Assembly: GCA_964623505.1 (NCBI GenBank)
Contig: CAZUSP010000003.1
Span: 1 to 37,914, forward strand
DNA length: 37,914 bases
Direction of reading: 5' to 3'
Origin: an uncultured Candidatus Saccharibacteria bacterium
GTDB taxonomy: Bacteria; Patescibacteriota; Minisyncoccia; Minisyncoccales; UBA1441
Under the pieces are notes generated by a model. The model worked only from the letters and a program-made list of their open reading frames with translations, made no database searches and was not told the DNA's origin. A program made the translations under genes and the position numbers. Positions 1-7,463 of the stretch are shown here, piece after piece; within the stretch, counting starts at the first letter, position 1; each line of letters begins with the position of its first letter.

Positions 1-26
1 ATTTTCCTGCCAGCTGTTTTCTGTTT

Positions 27-1724
27 TCATGCCGAGGGCTTTAAAGATAACATTTCATTGATCTTTCGGCGAGTCCTTAACCCAACATAGCCAGTGCCCC
101 GGGACAGATTGGCCGGCTTTAAGACGTCATCGGCATGTTTTTCCTGAAAACGAATAACCGCTTCCCGGGTAAGCCGGTAAAAGTTTCCCGTCACTAGTCC
201 GGCCGGATATATTTCGGGATCTTGAATGGCCAAAAATAGCTGCAATGCTTTGACCTCATCGCTATTGGTCAAGCCAAAAGAAAGATCTCGCTCAAAAGAA
301 GCCAAGGGAATGTTTTGCCGCCTGGCCAAGACTAGGGCAATCTGGCTGCGCAGATAATCAACCTGTCTCTCCAGCCGCCTTATTTGTTCTTGGAGTTGGG
401 CGATCAACTGTTTACTCCGGTCGTGCGGTGTCGTAATCGCTTCCCATTTAAAGGGTGCATAACTCTCGGTTCCATTAAAGCCAGATTGTTTGCTTTGAAT
501 CGACGGAAGGATGGTCAAAGAGTAGTATGTGCTGCCAAAATTAATAATTTCAATCTCGCCATTTTGATACTCATTCAGGTTAAAAAAACCAATTCGGGTT
601 TTCCCCTGACGATCGATCAAAACATAGGGCACTCGAAAAAGAGTTTCTGATTGGCCAAAAAACCTAATCCTTAAATCTCCGTCCCCGCCAATGAAGCGAA
701 GCCACTGGGCTCCCCAGTTCTGCAGTTGATCAGTCGCGGCCAAAGTAGTCCCTCTATTCAAAGGCAAAAAATTAGTTCGAGGGATAATCCTGATGTCTTC
801 CAGGTTCTTGCTGCGATAGCAATAATGCTGCCCCAAAGAGCAGTTGTTGACCAGAACAGCAATAGTCCAATTCGTATATATCCGGGCAAAATCCTCCTGA
901 TAGCCGTTTTTAATCAAAGCCTCGTTGATCGAGGCAATGCCGATCTTTGGAGAGTGAAGAGAATCGACTAATATTTCCACCCCATAATGATCAACCAAAT
1001 ATTGAACAAAAAGATTCAAGGCGCCATAATCGCCGATCCTTCCTTCCCAGCCAACCAGGGAGTTGTCCGGATGCTCTAAAAATGTCTTGGCCCGCCGCTG
1101 AAGATTGCTTCCTTCGTAGATTCGGTCATAGTTCATAAGGGTCGGGGCATATTCAGCCCTGGCCTCATTAAGCCAAACCTCTTCCGTCACCTGATGCCTC
1201 TTTTCCTTCCGGTGATAAGTGATCAGGTGGGTCAGTTCATGGGCCAGTATGCTCCGAATGTAGTAGTCGTGCAAATGATCGCTGTTGAGATAAACCATCT
1301 GTCTGCCATTGGAAAGCGGATTCTGAAGCCGATCCTGCTGATCAATGGGTCGAAAGTAGCCCCCCGCACCGCCTCTCATTGGATGAATCAAAATATAGAT
1401 CTCCTGCCCTGGAACTGATGTGTCCCCATCCCAGTGATAAGTGCTGCTTAAGATAGGAAAAATGTTCTTATCAAGTTCATAAGATAATATTTTTAGAAAA
1501 TCTCGCCCTTTTTCCCGGCCGCCATCATCAAGCCCGTTCCACCATGTTTGTTCAACATAAAACACTCCTCGATCGCTCTTCTCCAGCAAAACGGCGCTGA
1601 TCTCTTCCCGGGCAAAACGGTCATGGCGACTATCAATAAAAAAAGTCGTCGCCTCGGCCGAAACAGAGGCAGTCCAAATAAAAAACAGGCCGCTGATCAA
1701 TAACGTCTTGGCAAAAATTTTCAT
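27..1724 (-). CDS. Secreted gluzincin-type zinc metallopeptidase with C-terminal peptidoglycan-binding domain
   Basis: 565-aa ORF with an N-terminal signal/anchor (MKIFAKTLLISGLFFIWTASVSA). HELTH (HExxH) is followed about 20 aa later by WLNEARAEY, the MA-clan third-ligand Glu pattern. Coiled coil QLIAQLQEQIRRLERQVDYL. C-terminal PG_binding_1-like segment (ALQLFLA...GNFYRLTREAVIRFQEKH). TGA stop at 27-29. Confidence 0.7.
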   Translation of the reverse strand: MKIFAKTLLISGLFFIWTASVSAEATTFFIDSRHDRFAREEISAVLLEKSDRGVFYVEQTWWNGLDDGGREKGRDFLKILSYELDKNIFPILSSTYHWDGDTSVPGQEIYILIHPMRGGAGGYFRPIDQQDRLQNPLSNGRQMVYLNSDHLHDYYIRSILAHELTHLITYHRKEKRHQVTEEVWLNEARAEYAPTLMNYDRIYEGSNLQRRAKTFLEHPDNSLVGWEGRIGDYGALNLFVQYLVDHYGVEILVDSLHSPKIGIASINEALIKNGYQEDFARIYTNWTIAVLVNNCSLGQHYCYRSKNLEDIRIIPRTNFLPLNRGTTLAATDQLQNWGAQWLRFIGGDGDLRIRFFGQSETLFRVPYVLIDRQGKTRIGFFNLNEYQNGEIEIINFGSTYYSLTILPSIQSKQSGFNGTESYAPFKWEAITTPHDRSKQLIAQLQEQIRRLERQVDYLRSQIALVLARRQNIPLASFERDLSFGLTNSDEVKALQLFLAIQDPEIYPAGLVTGNFYRLTREAVIRFQEKHADDVLKPANLSRGTGYVGLRTRRKINEMLSLKPSA

Positions 1725-1756
1725 AACTTAGTCATTTTAACACAAGAAAAATCCAG

Positions 1757-1936
1757 TTAAAGCCGGCTCGACCGCCAACCCCGGTAGATATTAACCGCCC
1801 CAATCACAATCAGGACGGTGGCGACAATAAAAGCCAAGGTGACCAAAATCACCTTCGGGTTGGCCAAGATTAAAATGCCCAAGGCAACCAAAACTGCTCC
1901 CTGGATCAATCGATAATAGCGACTTAGACCAAACAT
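1757..1936 (-). CDS. Small two-helix membrane protein (HdeD/DUF308-like), 59 aa
   Basis: Found by hand, just under the ORF-track cutoff. ATG at 1936 overlaps the end of the MscS gene by 13 nt in another frame; TAA at 1757-1759. Translation MFGLSRYYRLIQGAVLVALGILILANPKVILVTLAFIVATVLIVIGAVNIYRGWRSSRL contains two hydrophobic helices. Confidence 0.4.
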   Translation of the reverse strand: MFGLSRYYRLIQGAVLVALGILILANPKVILVTLAFIVATVLIVIGAVNIYRGWRSSRL

Positions 1937-2946
1937 TGACTGCCAACAATCTTAATATCCGCCTGATCCAATTGTTCCTTCAAGCGCAAACTTATATCTT
2001 GATGAATTCTCTTCATTTGATCATAATCACTTGTTTCCAGATCATAAAGGATCTCAAAAATCATTCCATCGGCGCCGAACTGCTGAAAGGTTAACTGTCC
2101 GCGGGTCACCATCTCCTTTTGTTCTAAAATATCACCCACAATCCTATCCAGTTGCTTTAATTTATCCGCTTCAGTTTGATAGCTGACCCCAAAGATCAAA
2201 GACATCTTGGTCCCTTTCTTTTTGCTGTAATTGTAGATTATTTTTCTAGCCAGTTCTTGATTGGGCACCAAGATACTCTCGCCGTTTGGAGCTCTCAAAC
2301 AAGTAAAGCGAAGGCCGATTCTTTCAACCCGGCCCCGGGTCAAGCCGGGCCCTCCCCTGGAATCGCCAACGACGATAAAGTCCCCCTCTTCCAGGGCGCG
2401 ATCGGAATAAAGGGCAAAAGAGGAAAACAACTCCAATAATATCTGCTGGGAAGCCACCGCGAAAAGAATGCCGCCCACCCCCAAGCCGGCCAAGATGACG
2501 GTCAGATTATATTCCAGTTTCCAAGCGATAACCAAAATCGCCCCGATCCAAATTAAGACGTCGGCAATTTTACTAAAAAGCTTGAAAGAGGTAACGCTTC
2601 TTCTTTTTTCTTTTCGATCAGCGATCAAAGAATCCATTTGGTAGGTGATCGATCGATGCAGCAACCAGGCCAGATAAACAACAAAAACAACAAAGAAAAT
2701 CAATGATATCTCTCGTCTCGCTTGCAGACCACTCAAAGAAAAATAAGTCGCCAACGAGACGCTTAAAAACAACCAGCGTATCTTTAACGCTCGAATCAAA
2801 GAATAAAAGAATGTGTGACGAAACCGGCCTTTCAATAAAAGCAGGTTTCGGAGAATAAACAGATCAACTAGTTTTAAACCACAAAGAAGGGCCAGAAACA
2901 CCACTATGGCCCGCAATATTATAAAAAGGACATCTTCTGGAAACAT
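1924..2946 (-). CDS. MscS-family mechanosensitive ion channel
   Basis: 340-aa ORF with several N-terminal TM helices, then the MscS beta-domain signature GDFIVVGDSRG...GRVERIGLRFTCLRAPNGESILVPNQEL. Confidence 0.85.
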   Translation of the reverse strand: MFPEDVLFIILRAIVVFLALLCGLKLVDLFILRNLLLLKGRFRHTFFYSLIRALKIRWLFLSVSLATYFSLSGLQARREISLIFFVVFVVYLAWLLHRSITYQMDSLIADRKEKRRSVTSFKLFSKIADVLIWIGAILVIAWKLEYNLTVILAGLGVGGILFAVASQQILLELFSSFALYSDRALEEGDFIVVGDSRGGPGLTRGRVERIGLRFTCLRAPNGESILVPNQELARKIIYNYSKKKGTKMSLIFGVSYQTEADKLKQLDRIVGDILEQKEMVTRGQLTFQQFGADGMIFEILYDLETSDYDQMKRIHQDISLRLKEQLDQADIKIVGSQCLV

Positions 2947-3144
2947 TTATCAAGATGACCGGCCCATTCGATCACGCAGGTCGCCCCAGATGATCTTGAC
3001 CGACTTAATGATTAAGAACAAAGGCAGTAATTTTAACAATACCTTTTCACTGAATTTATCCCACTCCATGATAACTCGATTATTCCATTTTTCCTTCGAA
3101 AAAGCAAACAAAAAACCTGGCCCGAAGAACAGCTGCCCGCCAGA

Positions 3145-3657
3145 TTAAGGCTGAAGCATTTCTTCGGAAGACTCGCCCTGAACTGTAATGATCACTTCAA
3201 GTATTCCTGGAAACTGTTTCAGGGTGCGATTAATCTGTTCCCGCAAGGGAATAACCGTTGCTGAACCAGCTACTTGACCAAGCTCTTGGCTGAAGTCAGC
3301 ATAAGCCGTTCCCTCTTCTACCCTGAGACTGTTCAATCTCGTCCCCGCTGGAATGGAGGTATCAAAAGTGTCTGATTCGGCCAGAATGGGTCCGGCGAGA
3401 AGAAGCCGCAGAGCCTTTTCCGCCCCCCATTCGTTAAATAAAACCGTCCGGGAAACCGGCTGGACCATCTCCTCATAAGCGGCCGTTCCTTCAGCCATCA
3501 TTTCTCGATTAACAAAATAGACATCAAGGCTAACTTCGTTGTCGTTTGGAACAAACGGCTGATCTTGATCTATTGGCCGAAAATCTCCTCGGAAAATAAA
3601 GATCAGGGCGCCCAAAACAACCAAAGCCAAAACAACGATAACCATATTTTTAGACAT
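3145..3657 (-). CDS. Membrane-anchored GerMN-domain protein
   Basis: 170 aa with N-terminal anchor MSKNMVIVVLALVVLGALIFIF. GerMN-like pattern: VYFVN...VSRTV...ALRLLLAGP...IPAGTRLNSLRVEEGTAYADFSQEL...INRTLKQFPGI. Confidence 0.65.
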   Translation of the reverse strand: MSKNMVIVVLALVVLGALIFIFRGDFRPIDQDQPFVPNDNEVSLDVYFVNREMMAEGTAAYEEMVQPVSRTVLFNEWGAEKALRLLLAGPILAESDTFDTSIPAGTRLNSLRVEEGTAYADFSQELGQVAGSATVIPLREQINRTLKQFPGILEVIITVQGESSEEMLQP

Positions 3658-3759
3658 GGTAATAAGTATTAATTATGACCACTAAATCATTCTAACATGT
3701 AATAGCTGTTGAAACAAAAACACCTCCCGATTAAGAAGGCGCTTTTGAAAATCGAAATA

Positions 3760-4149
3760 TTACTCAACAACTTCCGCCTCCGGCTCATTCTCAACTCCAG
3801 CCATCGGGGTTACCTCTATAATCTCAATGGGCAGGCCCCACATGTGGATCCCGATAAAACCTTCAACCTTCCGCCCCCGAAACTGGACAGCGAGGCCATC
3901 ACTTTGGAAATCTTCGCTCAGGTTGATTGGGTAGTACTCAATCCCATCATCTCCCAAGATACCGAAAAAACCCCCGGCCAGATCAATGCGGGCGACAACA
4001 CCGGTGGCGCTGATGATCTCCGGCTCATTATCGGGAGCGAGCGGAGCGGGCTCAACCCTAGTCAACTCCTTTCGGTCTCCGGTAAAAAGCAAAATCAGAG
4101 CGATCAAAACAATCAAAACAACGATCGCAACAACAATGTTTTTAGACAT
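3760..4149 (-). CDS. Membrane-anchored protein of unknown function (paralog A)
   Basis: 129 aa with anchor MSKNIVVAIVVLIVLIALILLF. Core GGFFGILGDDGIEYYPINLSEDFQSDGLAVQFRG...IHMWGLPIEIIEV aligns with the next ORF. Confidence 0.7.
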   Translation of the reverse strand: MSKNIVVAIVVLIVLIALILLFTGDRKELTRVEPAPLAPDNEPEIISATGVVARIDLAGGFFGILGDDGIEYYPINLSEDFQSDGLAVQFRGRKVEGFIGIHMWGLPIEIIEVTPMAGVENEPEAEVVE

Positions 4150-4243
4150 CGTAAAACAAAAAATTAATCATTAGGCTATCGACCCAATGGTCATTCTAGC
4201 ATCAGACAATATAAGTTCAAGCAAACCCACTCTAAGACCGGGG

Positions 4244-4594
4244 TTAATCCGTCAACTCAACTTCTTCTTCAATCAACCACTCTTTCATATGCGTAATGGT
4301 AACGGCCTGTCCCCAATTGATCCCATCTCTCGGCCGGATCACCGTCATCCCTTGAAATTCAACCAATATCCCGTCCCGAGTGAACTCTGGGTCAAGATTG
4401 ATCGGGCGATAATTGCCACCATCTTCCGACAGAATGCCCCAAAACCCGTCCCCCGCCGATATCTTGACCACTAGACCTACTCCGCTCACTGGTTCGCTTT
4501 TTGCAAACAGGTCGGGCCCTAACAACAAAACCACCGCAATAGATGAAAAAACAAGAATCAATCCGATGATCAAAATAATTACCCTAGCGTTCAC
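4244..4594 (-). CDS. Membrane-anchored protein of unknown function (paralog B)
   Basis: 116 aa, GTG start at 4594, single N-terminal TM helix. Core GDGFWGILSEDGGNYRPINLDPEFTRDGILVEFQG...INWGQAVTITHM is homologous to 3760..4149. Confidence 0.7.
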   Translation of the reverse strand: MNARVIILIIGLILVFSSIAVVLLLGPDLFAKSEPVSGVGLVVKISAGDGFWGILSEDGGNYRPINLDPEFTRDGILVEFQGMTVIRPRDGINWGQAVTITHMKEWLIEEEVELTD

Positions 4595-4604
4595 ATCCTT
4601 CCGA

Positions 4605-5402
4605 TCAATTGATCTCGTAAGTTATGCTAACGTTAACCTCGATCTTGTTTTCGCCCGGCTCAATCGAAGGAGCGGTTGACTGCGGTGCTTTTAGGTAGCC
4701 AGCCGCCATGTCGCGCGCCCAAGAAACCACCGGACTATCCTCGCTAAAATTGGTTAGGCGCTTCAGTCTGATCCCAAGCTGATCAGCTAAAATCTTGGCC
4801 TTGTCTTTGGCTTGAGTAATTGCTTCGGCCCGCACCTCCGCCCGGATGCTTTCCTGATTCTCAACTGAAAAACTCAAGTGGCCGACCTGATTGGCTCCTT
4901 TTTCGGCTGCACCCTGGATAATTTCTCCGATTAACTCAAAGTTTCTGATCTTGACCTCTAAAACTTGACTCACTTCATAACCCACCAAAACTCTCTCTCC
5001 TTCATTCCATCTTCCAAGCTCGCGCCATTCATAACGGGGGCTCAGGCTGAATTGAGTTGTCTTGATATCCTTTTCCGACAGCCCTATTTCCTGCTTTAAG
5101 AATGAGATTACGGCATTCATCTTCCTGGTATTATCGCCCATTGCCTGCTCAACCGTTTTCGCCTCGCTGCTAACCCCTAAATTGACTTGGGCCAAATCAG
5201 GTGAAACAAATCTCTCGGCCCTTCCGCTAACCATGATCTCGTGTTGAGCCGGCGGGGCCACCCCGATATACTGATTCTCTTTGAGTCGATTAAAGAACTC
5301 GACGACCGCCACCACCGTAGCCACCATCAAAAAGATAGTCGCCACCCCCAGCAAAGAATCTAGTTTCAGGCGCCAATCTGAAGATCCCTTTAAAATATTC
5401 AT
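4605..5402 (-). CDS. SIMPL-domain (DUF541 / BP26-like) envelope protein
   Basis: 265 aa with an N-terminal TM helix. I recognise the typical SIMPL layout: IMVSGRAERFVSPDLAQVNLGV...QAKDKAKILADQLG...IEPGENKIEVNVSITYEI. TGA stop. Confidence 0.75.
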   Translation of the reverse strand: MNILKGSSDWRLKLDSLLGVATIFLMVATVVAVVEFFNRLKENQYIGVAPPAQHEIMVSGRAERFVSPDLAQVNLGVSSEAKTVEQAMGDNTRKMNAVISFLKQEIGLSEKDIKTTQFSLSPRYEWRELGRWNEGERVLVGYEVSQVLEVKIRNFELIGEIIQGAAEKGANQVGHLSFSVENQESIRAEVRAEAITQAKDKAKILADQLGIRLKRLTNFSEDSPVVSWARDMAAGYLKAPQSTAPSIEPGENKIEVNVSITYEIN

Positions 5403-5412
5403 AATTTAAGAA

Positions 5413-5580
5413 TTAATTGTTTTCTTCCTCAAAGGTGTGTCCCTCCGCCGAACCAGCTGCATCATTGACTAAAAGCTCCATTGGCTGCCCACAGCAAACC
5501 AACTGCCCATACCCTCCATTCAAAACCTGAACAACACTGCCGCAAATACGACACTGATAGATTTGGTTCTTTTTCGCCAT
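5413..5580 (-). CDS. Desulforedoxin (stand-alone Dx domain, 55 aa)
   Basis: MAKKNQIYQCRICGSVVQVLNGGYGQLVCCGQPMELLV matches the CxxC...CC Fe(Cys)4 desulforedoxin / Dfx N-terminal motif. ATG at 5580 lies one base after the rubrerythrin stop (5582-5584). The longer 85-aa ORF-track version would overlap rbr. Confidence 0.8.
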   Translation of the reverse strand: MAKKNQIYQCRICGSVVQVLNGGYGQLVCCGQPMELLVNDAAGSAEGHTFEEENN

Positions 5581-5581
5581 G

Positions 5582-6157
5582 TTAGTATTGTTCACATTTA
5601 ACTTGGAAATATTCTCGATCATGATGACAAGATGGGCATCTCGGCGGAGGTTCATAGCCCTGATGGACATAACCGCACTCTCGACAGACCCATTCCACCT
5701 CTCGGTCTTTCTTGAAGATGGTGCCGGCGGTTATCTGATCAAGAATTTTTTGATAACGCTCTTGATGATGTTTCTCGGCCAAAGCAATGGCTCGAAGACG
5801 GCCAGCCACTTCCGGCCAATTTTCTTCTTCAGCTATCTGGGCAAATTCCGGATACATTTTTTGATATTCATACCCCTCTCCAGCAATAGCGGAACGAATG
5901 TTCTCTTCGGTCGTTGCCCAAATCAAGGGGGCCGCTAATGAAAATGAAAGCTGCCCGGCTTTTTCAGGATTGAGCTCGTTAATCAACGTCCAGAGAGTTT
6001 CCGCGTGTTCTTTTTCGTTCTCGGCCGTCACGGTAAATATTTCCGCAATCTGCTGATATCCTTCTTTTTTTGCTGTTTTGGCAAAAAATTCATACCTATT
6101 CCGCGCCAGGCTCTCTCCGGCAAAAGCAGTTATTAGATTTGTTATTGTTCGCTTCAT
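5582..6157 (-). CDS. rbr: Rubrerythrin
   Basis: 191 aa with four-helix-bundle di-iron motifs (ESLARNRYEFFAKTAKKEGY, ENEKEHAE, GEGYEY, EKHHQERY). C-terminal rubredoxin-like CRECG...CPSC. Confidence 0.9.
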   Translation of the reverse strand: MKRTITNLITAFAGESLARNRYEFFAKTAKKEGYQQIAEIFTVTAENEKEHAETLWTLINELNPEKAGQLSFSLAAPLIWATTEENIRSAIAGEGYEYQKMYPEFAQIAEEENWPEVAGRLRAIALAEKHHQERYQKILDQITAGTIFKKDREVEWVCRECGYVHQGYEPPPRCPSCHHDREYFQVKCEQY

Positions 6158-6192
6158 AATAACTTAAACTATAATCCTTTTGGGAGCTCAAA

Positions 6193-7251
6193 TCAAGCCC
6201 CGGCCTTGATCTCAATAACATCTCCGTCTTGAACCAGGTAATCCCGGCCTTCGGTTCGGACCAGTCCCTTTTGTCGGGCTGAAACATAGCCACCGCTTGA
6301 GACCAGGTCTGACCAGTTAACTACTTCCGCTCGAATAAACTTCTGCTGAAAATCAGTATGGATAACACCCCCGGCTTGAGCCGCTGTTCTGCCCCGAGGC
6401 AAAGTCCAGGCCCTGACCTCGTTCCGTCCAACCGTAAAGAAGGTGATCAAGTTGAGCAGACTATAAGAGGCCTGGATCAGTTGACCAAGACCGTCAGCCA
6501 GCCCCATCTCTTTTCTTTCGTTGTCGGTCAGATCGGCCGCCTCTAATTCGGTCAGTACGTCTAGAATCAGCCATGATTTTCCCTGGAACCTTTTTTTTGT
6601 TTCTTCGGCCACCTCACTCTCCGCAGCATTAATCAAAAACAGCCTTGGTTTGGCTGTCAAAAACTGATAACGAGCAACTACTTCTTGATCAAATTCAGTC
6701 CGCGAGATCTCGACCAGCATCTTCCCCTCTTTGAGCCATTGGCCGAATCGGTCAAGAGTTTCGCTTTCTTTAACCGCCTCCGGCAGCTTGGATTTGATCT
6801 CTTTCGTCAACGATTCAATTCTGCTCTCGATCGTTTCAAGGTCTTTTAAGGCCAGCTCGGCATCGAGAATCTCCTTTTCGGCCCAGGGGTCTATCGCTTT
6901 CTGGATGTTGATAACTGACTCTTTCTGAAATCCTCTTAAAACATAGATCAAGGCATCAACTTGTCGGATATGGGAAAGAAATTTGTTGCCCAGCCCCTCT
7001 CCCTGGCTGGCCCCTTTGATCAAGCCGGCAATGTCTACAAATTCAACCGTGGCCGAGATCTTCTTTTCGCGAGGAAAGATGCCAGCCAGAGCCGTCAGCC
7101 GTTCGTCGGGAACAGCCACCACCCCTAGATTCGGCTCGATGGTGCAAAAAGGATAGTTGGCTCGATCAACTTGCTTTTTAGTAATGGCTTGAAAAAGAGT
7201 TGACTTGCCGGTATTGGGCAAACCAACTAGGCCAACTGATAAAGAAGACAT
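6193..7251 (-). CDS. ychF: Ribosome-binding / redox-regulated ATPase YchF
   Basis: Starts MSSLSVGLVGLPNTGKSTLFQAIT (P-loop) at the ATG at 7251. Has NYPFCTIEPN, VDIAGLIKGAS and a C-terminal TGS-like domain (GGVIHTDFQQKFIRAEV...DGDVIEI). Confidence 0.9.
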   Translation of the reverse strand: MSSLSVGLVGLPNTGKSTLFQAITKKQVDRANYPFCTIEPNLGVVAVPDERLTALAGIFPREKKISATVEFVDIAGLIKGASQGEGLGNKFLSHIRQVDALIYVLRGFQKESVINIQKAIDPWAEKEILDAELALKDLETIESRIESLTKEIKSKLPEAVKESETLDRFGQWLKEGKMLVEISRTEFDQEVVARYQFLTAKPRLFLINAAESEVAEETKKRFQGKSWLILDVLTELEAADLTDNERKEMGLADGLGQLIQASYSLLNLITFFTVGRNEVRAWTLPRGRTAAQAGGVIHTDFQQKFIRAEVVNWSDLVSSGGYVSARQKGLVRTEGRDYLVQDGDVIEIKAGA

Positions 7252-7279
7252 ACACACATTGTATCTCAAAAAAAGATCA

Positions 7280-7308
7280 TTGACAGCCCCCGAAAACAAG
7301 AATAGAAT
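7280..7308 (+). promoter_or_regulatory. Near-consensus sigma70-type promoter (TTGACA-17 nt-TAGAAT)
   Basis: TTGACA at 7280-7285, 17-nt spacer, TAGAAT at 7303-7308. It faces a 150-nt gene-free interval that ends in a strong hairpin terminator. Confidence 0.35.
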
Positions 7309-7314
7309 ACATTC

Positions 7315-7458
7315 AGCAACGGTCGATTGCTAAAAGCAAGATTGAGTGAGCTAATAAGCAGAAAGCTGCGAAAAAAGCTCGCATGAAATGGCCAAGAAGC
7401 CAGAAGGCGATAAAAAATAATCGCTAAACAAAAAGGCGCCTTGAGGGGCGCCTTTTTC
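7315..7458 (+). ncRNA. Candidate ~145-nt small RNA (family unknown)
   Basis: Bounded by the promoter above and the terminator at 7430-7458. Contains local hairpins AGCAA/TTGCT (7316-7332), GCAG-AAAG-CTGC and GCGAT/ATCGC (7407-7424). The only ORF is 11 codons long. Confidence 0.25.
7430..7458. terminator. Bidirectional rho-independent terminator
   Basis: AAAAA-GGCGCC-TTGAGG-GGCGCC-TTTTT. It sits 6 nt downstream of the stop of the 1297-aa minus-strand gene and at the end of the plus-strand sRNA candidate. Confidence 0.7.
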
Positions 7459-7463
7459 TCTGA

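Noticed and set aside
2950-3069. 39-codon ORF (MEWDKFSEKVLLKLLPLFLIIKSVKIIWGDLRDRMGRSS) ending 3 nt before the MscS start
   Set aside because: The position is suggestive and it has a hydrophobic core. It has no recognisable ribosome-binding site or homology that I can judge, and the length is within chance expectation. I did not list it as a feature, but it is worth a conservation check.
5581-5670. Longer 85-aa version of the desulforedoxin ORF, plus upstream alternative starts for ychF (7299), ftsH (34891), PrsW (22977), the Na/Pi gene (13809) and 15211
   Set aside because: The extensions overlap the preceding gene or begin on non-ATG codons, and they add non-conserved residues ahead of canonical N-termini (MAKKNQIYQC, MSSLSVGLVGLPNTGKS, MSQLFKK + TM helix, MSFFLLL + TM helix).
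7315-7458. Assigning the two ncRNA candidates (7315-7458 and 24556-24725) to SRP RNA, 6S RNA, tmRNA or RNase P RNA
   Set aside because: There is no SRP domain-IV GGAA/AGCA motif, no long 6S-type irregular hairpin with a central bubble, no tRNA-like end or tag ORF, and no RNase P conserved regions. They remain unclassified.
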